Source of the DNA: Bacillota bacterium
GTDB taxonomy: Bacteria > Bacillota > Sulfobacillia > JAJYWN01 > JAJZPE01
DNA length: 64,000 nucleotides
Reading direction: 5' to 3'
NCBI GenBank assembly: GCA_036504675.1
Contig: DASXUT010000035.1
Coordinates: 7,277 to 71,276 of the forward strand
Below are positions 55,333 to 64,000 of the stretch, one piece after another. The notes under the pieces were generated by a model, which saw only the letters and a program-made list of their open reading frames with translations, was not told where the DNA came from and made no database searches. Position 1 is the first letter of the stretch; each line of letters opens with the position of its first letter. A program made the position numbers and the translations under genes.

Positions 55333-55829
55333 AACCGACTAGAATCGGGGCCATCCTCGAAAAGTCCCTCGAGCGAATGGAGATCCGCGGCGCGGTCCGG
55401 GAGAAGATGGCCCTCTTCGAATGGGAGGCGGCCGTCGGGGCCGAGGTGGCCAGGGCGACCCGCCCGGTCCTCGTCCGGGGCGGGGTATTGACCGTCGAGA
55501 CCGCCAATCCGGCCTGGGCGCAACAGCTCAGCTTGCTAAAGCCGAGGCTGCTCGCGGCAATAAACGCCCGCCTGGGAGAAAGACTAATCAAGGATTTGCG
55601 TTTCCGCAGCGGGCAGGGGTTCGAGGGGCCGCCTCCCGGCTGTAAGGACCTGGGGGTCTCCAATTCGGGCGAGGCCGGCTCGGCCGACCAGCATCGGCCG
55701 GCCGACGCCGACCCCGACCCGCAGACGGTAGCCGAAATCGACCGATGGGTGTCGGCCATCGGCGACGAGCGACTGCGCCAACGCTGGCGACGCCTTCTCC
55801 TCAAGGCGCAGGCCGGTGCGAACCGCTGA
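55329..55829 (+). CDS. DUF721-domain protein (DciA-like)
   Basis: The 166-aa sequence VREKMALFEWEAAVGAEVARATRPVLVRGGVLTVETANPAWAQQLSLLKPRLLAAINARLG matches DUF721. There is a GTGA overlap with the recF stop. It occupies the recF-gyrB slot, as DciA does in Actinobacteria. Confidence 0.65.
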   Translation: MKPTRIGAILEKSLERMEIRGAVREKMALFEWEAAVGAEVARATRPVLVRGGVLTVETANPAWAQQLSLLKPRLLAAINARLGERLIKDLRFRSGQGFEGPPPGCKDLGVSNSGEAGSADQHRPADADPDPQTVAEIDRWVSAIGDERLRQRWRRLLLKAQAGANR

Positions 55830-55877
55830 GGGACGAAGTCAATCCCCGCTGGGCGGGGGTATTGGAGGGAACGGCAG

Positions 55878-56138
55878 ATGCTCGTGCACATCGGCGGTGA
55901 AGTGGTCCTGAGAAGCCGGGAGATCATCGGCGTCTTCGACCTCCAGACAGTCGGCGACGCCCCGATCACCAAGGAGTTTGTCGACCTGGCCCGGACCGAG
56001 GCCACCATCGTCGACCTCAGCGATGGGAACGCCAAGTCCCTGGTACTCACGACCGACAAAGTCTACCTGTCGACCGTGTCAATCACGACCATCCGCAAGC
56101 GGGCGACGGTCAACCCGGGGACGGATGACCACGAGTGA
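55878..56138 (+). CDS. DUF370-domain protein (YaaB/RemB-like)
   Basis: The 86-aa sequence MLVHIGGEVVLRSREIIGVFDLQT...TKEFVDLARTE...KSLVLTTDKVYLSTVSITTIRKR follows the DUF370 pattern. GGAGGG RBS. Confidence 0.65.
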   Translation: MLVHIGGEVVLRSREIIGVFDLQTVGDAPITKEFVDLARTEATIVDLSDGNAKSLVLTTDKVYLSTVSITTIRKRATVNPGTDDHE

Positions 56139-56228
56139 CGGCGAGCGGATGGCCCGGAAGTTGAGGGTCACCGGCCTTTGATGCTATAATTGGCGAGGTA
56201 CAGCCATCCGGTGATTGGAGGGCCTTGA

Positions 56229-58205
<1,977 letters not shown>

Positions 58206-58224
58206 GCCGAGAGGAGTCAGATTG

Positions 58225-60696
58225 ATGGCCGACGAGACCGTGGCCCAGAAGATCGTCCAGACCCGTATCGTCGACGAGATGAAGAAGTCCTACATCGATT
58301 ACGCCATGAGCGTGATCATCGGCCGGGCCCTGCCCGACGTCCGTGACGGCCTCAAGCCCGTCCATCGGCGGATCCTCTACTCCATGTACGACCAGGGGTT
58401 CACGGCCGATAAGCCGTACCGTAAGTCGGCCAAGACCGTCGGCGACGTCATCGGTCGCTTCCACCCCCACGGGGACGCCGCCGTCTATGACACCATCGTC
58501 CGGCTGGCCCAGGTCTTCTCGATGCGGGACCCCCTCATCGACGGCCACGGCAACTTCGGCTCCGTCGACGGCGACCCGCCGGCGGCCATGCGCTACACCG
58601 AGTGCCGCCTATCCCGCCTGGCCGGAGAACTCCTCCGCGACATCGATAAAAAGACGGTCAACTTCTCCCCCAACTTCGACGAGAGCGTCGACGAGCCGGA
58701 CGTCCTCCCCGCCCGCTTCCCCAACCTGCTGGTCAACGGGTCAGAGGGCATCGCCGTAGGGATGGCCACCAACATCCCCCCGCATAACCTGCGGGAAGTG
58801 GTCAATGGCGTGATCATGATGATCGATCAGCCCGACAGCACCACGGCCGACCTGATGACCGTGATCAAGGGGCCCGATTTCCCGACCGGGGCCATGATCA
58901 TGGGCCGCGACGGGATCAAGTCGGCCTACGAGACCGGCCGCGGGTCGGTCAAGATGCGAGCCCGGGCAGTCATCGAAGAGACCCCCGGCGGGCGGTTCCG
59001 GATCGTCGTCAGCGAGATTCCCTACCAGGTCAACAAGGCCCGCCTGATCGAGCAGATCGCCGGCCTGGTCAGGGACGGACGAGTGACCGGCATAAGCGAC
59101 CTCCGCGACGAGTCCGATCGCGACGGCATGCGGATCGTCGTCGAGCTCAAACGAGACGCCAACGCCAATGTGGTGATGAACCAGCTCTTCAAGTACACCC
59201 AGATGGCGGCGACCTTCGGGGTCATCACCCTGGCCCTGGTCGATGGACGGCCGCGGGTCCTCACCCTCCGAGAAGTCATCTATCAATACCTCGAGCACCA
59301 GAAAGAGGTCATCATCCGGAGGACCCGCTTCGACCTCGATAAGGCTGAAGCCAGGGCGCATATCCTAGAAGGACTCCGGATCGCCCTGGACAACATCGAC
59401 CGAGTCGTCGCCCTGATCCGCGCGTCAAAGACGGTCGACATCGCCCGCGAAGGCCTGATGCGGGAGTTCGGGCTCAGCGAGAAGCAGGCCCAGGCCATCC
59501 TGGACATGCGGCTGCAGCGGCTGACCGGCCTCGAACGCAACAAGATCGAAGAGGAATACCAGGCCCTCCTCAAGGACATCGAGTACTACCGGGCCGTCCT
59601 GGCCAGCGAGCGGATGGTCTACCAGATCATCCGGACCGAGTTGACCGAGATCCGGGACAAGTATGGCGATGACCGGCGGACGAAGATCATGGCCGCCGCC
59701 GACGACCTGGAGATCGAGGACCTCATCCCGGTGGAAGACATGGTCATCACCATGACCCACCAGGGTTACATCAAGCGCCTGCCGGCCAGCACCTACCGGA
59801 GCCAGCGGAGGGGCGGGCGGGGGATCACCGGGATGGGGACGAAGGAAGAGGACTTCGTCGAACACATCTTCGTCACCACCACCCATCACTACATCGTCTT
59901 TTTCACCAACAACGGTCGGGCTTATCGCCTGAAGGTCCACGAGATTCCCGAGGCCGGTCGGACGGCCAAGGGGACCAACATCGTCAACCTGATCCAGGTC
60001 ACCCCGGGCGAGAAGGTCACGGCGGTCATCCCCGTCCAGGAGTTCCGGCCTGACCTTTACCTGATGTTCGTGACCAAGAATGGGACGGTCAAGAAGACCG
60101 GTCTGGAGGAATACGAGAACATCCGCAAGGGCGGACTGATCGCCCTGGGCCTCGAGGCCGGGGACGAGTTGATCGGGGTCAGATCGACCTCGGGCAGCGA
60201 GTCGATCATCCTGGTCACCCGGAACGGTCAGTCCATCCAGTTCCCCGAGGAAGAGGTCCGGCCGATGGGCCGCGCCGCCCGGGGCGTCACCGGAATCCAC
60301 CTCCGCTCCGCGGACGAGGTCGTGGCCATGAACATCGTCCGCGAGGGAGCCGACCTGCTGGTCATCACGACCAAGGGCTTCGGCAAGCGGACGCCCCTGA
60401 CCGAATACCGCCATCAGAAACGCGGCGGGATGGGGATCAAGACGCTCAAGATCACCTCGCGCATCGGCCGGGTGGCCGGGGCCCAAATGGTCACGGCCGA
60501 CGACGAGGTCATCCTGGTGACCACCCAGGGGGTCATCATCCGCCTGCAGGTGTCCGGCATCTCCGAGCTGAGCCGGGACACCCAGGGGGTCAAGGTGCAG
60601 CAGCTGGAGGCCCGCGACACCCTGGTGGCGGTGGCCCGGGTTCCGGGCAAAGAAGCTGAGCCGGGTGGCGAAGACGAGGGCCGGCGGGGGGTCTGA
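58225..60696 (+). CDS. gyrA: DNA gyrase subunit A
   Basis: The active-site region AMRYTE with catalytic Tyr and the C-terminal beta-pinwheel repeats are present. ATG at 58225 has a GAGAGGAG RBS. Confidence 0.95.
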   Translation: MADETVAQKIVQTRIVDEMKKSYIDYAMSVIIGRALPDVRDGLKPVHRRILYSMYDQGFTADKPYRKSAKTVGDVIGRFHPHGDAAVYDTIVRLAQVFSMRDPLIDGHGNFGSVDGDPPAAMRYTECRLSRLAGELLRDIDKKTVNFSPNFDESVDEPDVLPARFPNLLVNGSEGIAVGMATNIPPHNLREVVNGVIMMIDQPDSTTADLMTVIKGPDFPTGAMIMGRDGIKSAYETGRGSVKMRARAVIEETPGGRFRIVVSEIPYQVNKARLIEQIAGLVRDGRVTGISDLRDESDRDGMRIVVELKRDANANVVMNQLFKYTQMAATFGVITLALVDGRPRVLTLREVIYQYLEHQKEVIIRRTRFDLDKAEARAHILEGLRIALDNIDRVVALIRASKTVDIAREGLMREFGLSEKQAQAILDMRLQRLTGLERNKIEEEYQALLKDIEYYRAVLASERMVYQIIRTELTEIRDKYGDDRRTKIMAAADDLEIEDLIPVEDMVITMTHQGYIKRLPASTYRSQRRGGRGITGMGTKEEDFVEHIFVTTTHHYIVFFTNNGRAYRLKVHEIPEAGRTAKGTNIVNLIQVTPGEKVTAVIPVQEFRPDLYLMFVTKNGTVKKTGLEEYENIRKGGLIALGLEAGDELIGVRSTSGSESIILVTRNGQSIQFPEEEVRPMGRAARGVTGIHLRSADEVVAMNIVREGADLLVITTKGFGKRTPLTEYRHQKRGGMGIKTLKITSRIGRVAGAQMVTADDEVILVTTQGVIIRLQVSGISELSRDTQGVKVQQLEARDTLVAVARVPGKEAEPGGEDEGRRGV

Positions 60697-60699
60697 CCC

Positions 60700-61167
60700 G
60701 TGGGTAGCCATCGGGTCCTTGATCACACCGCCGACGTCGGCCTCGAGATCGCCGGGGCGACTCTTGAAGACCTCTTTGAGGAAGCCGCCATCGGACTTTT
60801 CGCGCTGATCACGGACGGCCCCGTCTCGCCGACTGGCGAGGTCGGGGTCGCTCTTTCCGCCCCCGACCTCGAGAGCCTACTCGTCCGCTGGCTCAACGAA
60901 CTCCTCTTCCTTCAGGCCACCGAGGGGTGGCTGCTCTCGGCCTTTCGGGTCGCCATCGGCCGGGCCGGGGAGGCCGGTCTCAGTCTGGAAGCCCGGGCCG
61001 TCGGCCGGCGGGGCGGTCCCGGCCGGACCGGTCAGCGGCGCGAGGTCAAGGCGGCGACCTATCACGGCTTGAAGGTCGAGCCGGCCGTGCCGGCCGAGCC
61101 TGCCGGGACTCGGGGGGTGCCCGGCGAGGGAGGCCCGTACCGAGCGACGGTGATCTTCGACATCTAA
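60700..61167 (+). CDS. archease (RtcB activator)
   Basis: 155 aa with HTADVGLEI...ATYHGL motifs. GTG start 4 bp after the gyrA stop. Confidence 0.75.
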   Translation: MGSHRVLDHTADVGLEIAGATLEDLFEEAAIGLFALITDGPVSPTGEVGVALSAPDLESLLVRWLNELLFLQATEGWLLSAFRVAIGRAGEAGLSLEARAVGRRGGPGRTGQRREVKAATYHGLKVEPAVPAEPAGTRGVPGEGGPYRATVIFDI

Positions 61168-61171
61168 GGCG

Positions 61172-62638
61172 GTGGGGGCGATGGCGGGGGGTTGGACGGG
61201 GCCGCTCGAACCCAGCGGGCCGGGCCGGTGGCGCATCCCAAGGGCCTACAAGAAAGGGATGCGGACCGACGGCCTCATCTTCGCTGATCAGGCCATGCTC
61301 GCCGACATCCGCGGGGACCAGGCCCCCGAGCAGGTAGCCAACATGGCCACGTTGCCGGGGATCGTCGGGCCGGCGATGGCCATGCCCGACATCCATTGGG
61401 GCTACGGCTTTCCCATCGGTGGGGTGGCGGCCACCGATGCCGCGACCGGGGTCATCTCCCCCGGCGGCGTCGGCTACGACATCAACTGCGGGGTCAGAGT
61501 CGTCCGTACCGACCTCAGCGAAGCCGAGGTCCGTCCGAGGCTCAGCCAGCTGATGCAGCGGTTGTTCGCCGATGTTCCCTCGGGGGTCGGTTCCTCGGGG
61601 AAGCTCTCGGTCGACCCCACGGAGATGGAGGCGGTCCTGGCCGACGGGGCGGCCTGGGCCGTGGGTCGGGGGCTGGGGCGCCCGGAGGACTTGGACCACT
61701 GCGAAGAGCGGGGGGCGATGGCCGTGGCCCGGTCCGGGGCGGTCGGCGCCAGGGCCAAGAAGCGCGGCCGCGACCAGCTCGGAACCCTTGGCTCGGGGAA
61801 CCACTTCCTCGAGGTCCAGGTGGTCGAGGAGGTTTACCACCCGAACGCGGCTGAGGCCTTCGGCCTTCGGCCCGGGCAGGTCGTCGTGGCCATCCACTCC
61901 GGCTCGCGCGGCTTGGGCCATCAGATTTGCACAGACTACCTGGAGGTCATGGCCGGGGCGGTCAAGGAATACGGGATCGACCTGCCGGACCGCCAATTGG
62001 CCTGCGCCCCCCTGAGCTCCCCGGCCGGGCAGGACTACTTGGCGGCGATGGCCGCGGCGGCCAACTACGCCTGGGCCAACCGGCAGTGCCTGACCCACTG
62101 GGTCCGCCAGGCGCTGGCCAAGGTGCTCCAGGTCCCGGAGGAGCGACTCGGGCTGGAGCTGGTCTACGACGTCGCTCACAACATCGCCAAGATCGAGCGG
62201 CACAAGGTCGGTGGGCGCGAGGCGGCCCTCTGCGTTCACCGAAAAGGAGCCACCCGGGCTTTCGGCCCCGGCCATCCCGACCTGCCGGCCGACTACCGCG
62301 GGGTGGGCCAGCCGGTGTTGGTCCCTGGGGACATGGGCCGCAACTCCTACATCCTCGTCGGGACCCCGGCGGCCGAAGCCGAGACCTTCGGGTCAGCCTG
62401 CCACGGGGCCGGCCGAGCCCTCAGCCGAAGCGCCTCGCAGCGCCAGGTCAGGGCCGACGACCTCCAGCGGGACCTGGCCGAGCGGGGGATCATCGCCCTG
62501 GCCGCCAGCCGGGCGACCCTGGCCGAGGAGGCCCCGTCAGCCTACAAGGACGTCAATCAAGTGGTGGCGGCGACGGAGGCGGCCGGCATCGCCAGGCGAG
62601 TGGCCAAGCTGCGTCCCCTCGGGGTGATCAAGGGCTGA
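61172..62638 (+). CDS. rtcB: RNA-splicing ligase RtcB
   Basis: Metal-binding motifs GYDINCGVR and GSGNHF and the catalytic histidine region GAGR are present. 488 aa. The start is GTG at 61172 or ATG at 61181. Confidence 0.9.
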   Translation: MGAMAGGWTGPLEPSGPGRWRIPRAYKKGMRTDGLIFADQAMLADIRGDQAPEQVANMATLPGIVGPAMAMPDIHWGYGFPIGGVAATDAATGVISPGGVGYDINCGVRVVRTDLSEAEVRPRLSQLMQRLFADVPSGVGSSGKLSVDPTEMEAVLADGAAWAVGRGLGRPEDLDHCEERGAMAVARSGAVGARAKKRGRDQLGTLGSGNHFLEVQVVEEVYHPNAAEAFGLRPGQVVVAIHSGSRGLGHQICTDYLEVMAGAVKEYGIDLPDRQLACAPLSSPAGQDYLAAMAAAANYAWANRQCLTHWVRQALAKVLQVPEERLGLELVYDVAHNIAKIERHKVGGREAALCVHRKGATRAFGPGHPDLPADYRGVGQPVLVPGDMGRNSYILVGTPAAEAETFGSACHGAGRALSRSASQRQVRADDLQRDLAERGIIALAASRATLAEEAPSAYKDVNQVVAATEAAGIARRVAKLRPLGVIKG

Positions 62639-62699
62639 GGCGCCGGATTCCCGCCGGCCCACTTTAGCTCGGCGAACCGTCCAGCGCCCGAGTGAGAGC

Positions 62700-62729
62700 T
62701 TGTCTTGACCGAAAAGCATGTAGTACAAT
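62700..62729 (+). promoter_or_regulatory. candidate sigma-A promoter for pdxST (TTGTCT-18-TACAAT)
   Basis: -35 TTGTCT at 62700-62705, an 18-nt spacer, and -10 TACAAT at 62724-62729. Confidence 0.4.
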
Positions 62730-62767
62730 TAGATTGCACTTTCCCAAGGAATCAGGAGGGACCAGTC

Positions 62768-63676
62768 GTGGCCAACAATCAACCTGAAGTCACCGGCACC
62801 CAGGGCACCTGGCGGGTCAAGGTAGGCCTGGCCCAAATGCTCAAGGGCGGCGTGATCATGGACGTCACCACCCCCGAGCAGGCCAAGATTGCCGAAGAAG
62901 CGGGGGCCGTGGCCGTCATGGCCTTGGAACGCGTCCCGGCCGACATCCGGGCGGCCGGTGGCGTGGCCAGGATGGCCGACCCGACGATCATCACCAGGAT
63001 CATGGATTCGGTCACCATCCCGGTGATGGCCAAAGCCCGCATCGGGCACTTCGTCGAAGCCCAGATCCTTGAGGCCCTGGGGGCCGACTACATCGATGAG
63101 AGCGAAGTCCTCACCCCGGCCGACGAGGAACACCATATCAACAAGACCAAATTCAAGGTCCCCTTCGTCTGCGGGGCGCGGAACCTCGGCGAGGCCCTTC
63201 GGCGAATCGGCGAGGGCGCGGCGATGGTCCGCACCAAGGGCGAGCCGGGCACGGGCAACGTCGTCGAGGCGGTTCGCCATCTGCGGACGGTCATGGACGA
63301 GGTCCGCAAGCTGCAGACGATGGACGAGGACGAGCTCGCGGCCGAGGCCAAGAACCTGGGGGCTCCCGTCGAACTGGTCCGGGAGGTCAAGAGACTGGGG
63401 GGCCTGCCGGTGGTCAACTTCTCCGCGGGCGGCATCGCCACTCCGGCCGACGCGGCCCTGATGATGCAGCTCGGGGCGGACGGCATCTTCGTCGGGTCGG
63501 GCATCTTCAAGTCGAAGAACCCGACGGCCCGGGCGCGGGCCATCGTCCTGGCGACCACTCACTACAACGACCCGAAGGTCCTGGCCGAAGTGTCCAAGGG
63601 CCTTGGCGAAGCCATGCCGGGCCTGGAGATCTCCAAGATCGCCGAGGCCGAAAGGATGCAGACCCGCGGCTGGTGA
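62768..63676 (+). CDS. pdxS: pyridoxal 5'-phosphate synthase lyase subunit PdxS
   Basis: The N-terminus [17 protein letters not shown] and the (beta/alpha)8 core are present. The track start at 62705 adds 21 aa. GTG at 62768 with an AGGAGGG RBS 7 nt upstream is preferred. Confidence 0.9.
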   Translation: MANNQPEVTGTQGTWRVKVGLAQMLKGGVIMDVTTPEQAKIAEEAGAVAVMALERVPADIRAAGGVARMADPTIITRIMDSVTIPVMAKARIGHFVEAQILEALGADYIDESEVLTPADEEHHINKTKFKVPFVCGARNLGEALRRIGEGAAMVRTKGEPGTGNVVEAVRHLRTVMDEVRKLQTMDEDELAAEAKNLGAPVELVREVKRLGGLPVVNFSAGGIATPADAALMMQLGADGIFVGSGIFKSKNPTARARAIVLATTHYNDPKVLAEVSKGLGEAMPGLEISKIAEAERMQTRGW

Positions 63677-63712
63677 CGGCCGCCGCTTTGGACCGGGGAG
63701 AGGAGCATCGTT

Positions 63713-64000
63713 TTGAGAGTCGGGGTACTGGACCTACAAGGGGACGTTTCCGAACACGTTGAATCCCTCCGTCGCTGCGGCGCCGACACCGCCCGGATCA
63801 AGCGAATCGAGCAGCTCGATGGCCTGGACGGGTTGATCATCCCCGGCGGCGAAAGCACGGCCATCGGCAAGTTAATGGTCAAATACGGCTTCATGACCGC
63901 CATCCCGGAGCAGGTCCGGCGGGGGATGGGAGTCTATGGGACCTGCGCGGGGTTGATCCTGGAGGCCACTGAGATCGAGGGGTCTGACCAACCCCGCCTG
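63713..64000 (+). CDS. pdxT: pyridoxal 5'-phosphate synthase glutaminase subunit PdxT (partial, 3' end beyond window)
   Basis: LRVGVLDLQGDVSEHVESLRRCGADTARIK...GLIIPGGESTAIGKLM...GTCAGLILEA includes the catalytic Cys of class-I glutamine amidotransferases. TTG start with a GGAGAGGAG RBS. Confidence 0.8.
   Translation, partial: MRVGVLDLQGDVSEHVESLRRCGADTARIKRIEQLDGLDGLIIPGGESTAIGKLMVKYGFMTAIPEQVRRGMGVYGTCAGLILEATEIEGSDQPRL

Overview
This 64-kb window has very high GC (roughly two-thirds G+C, with extreme GC3 codon bias) and covers the chromosomal replication origin of a Firmicutes/Clostridia-type genome. The origin gene order matches Bacillus almost exactly: rpmH-rnpA-yidD-yidC-jag-mnmE-mnmG-rsmG-noc-soj-spo0J on the minus strand, then oriC, then dnaA-dnaN-recF-gyrB-gyrA on the plus strand, followed by archease-rtcB and pdxS-pdxT. 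Upstream on the minus strand lies the conserved rpsF-ssb-rpsR ... rplI-lon-dnaB block, interrupted by motAB, together with ychF, purA, sporulation-associated yyaC and ykuS, two tRNAs and about 25 further housekeeping or hypothetical genes. No transposases, prophage genes or CRISPR arrays were seen. The most interesting element is a class-I c-di-GMP (GEMM) riboswitch with its own sigma-A promoter and a terminator/antiterminator expression platform. It sits directly upstream of a stand-alone ParM/StbA-family actin-like ATPase gene that is inserted between the noc-like parB paralog and soj-spo0J. A 1,509-aa GAF/PAS/HD-GYP/GGDEF c-di-GMP turnover protein lies 16 kb away. Other notable items are a perfect parS inside spo0J, a bipartite oriC flanking dnaA, a likely frameshifted ykvI-family gene, low-complexity Pro/Gly/Arg extensions on S18 and a DUF951 protein, a bactofilin-M23 peptidase pair, larB-larC, and a 600-bp apparently non-coding gap with long perfect hairpins. 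ORF-track start coordinates were revised wherever N-termini were clearly wrong-frame or low-complexity junk (track starts include GTG/TTG).
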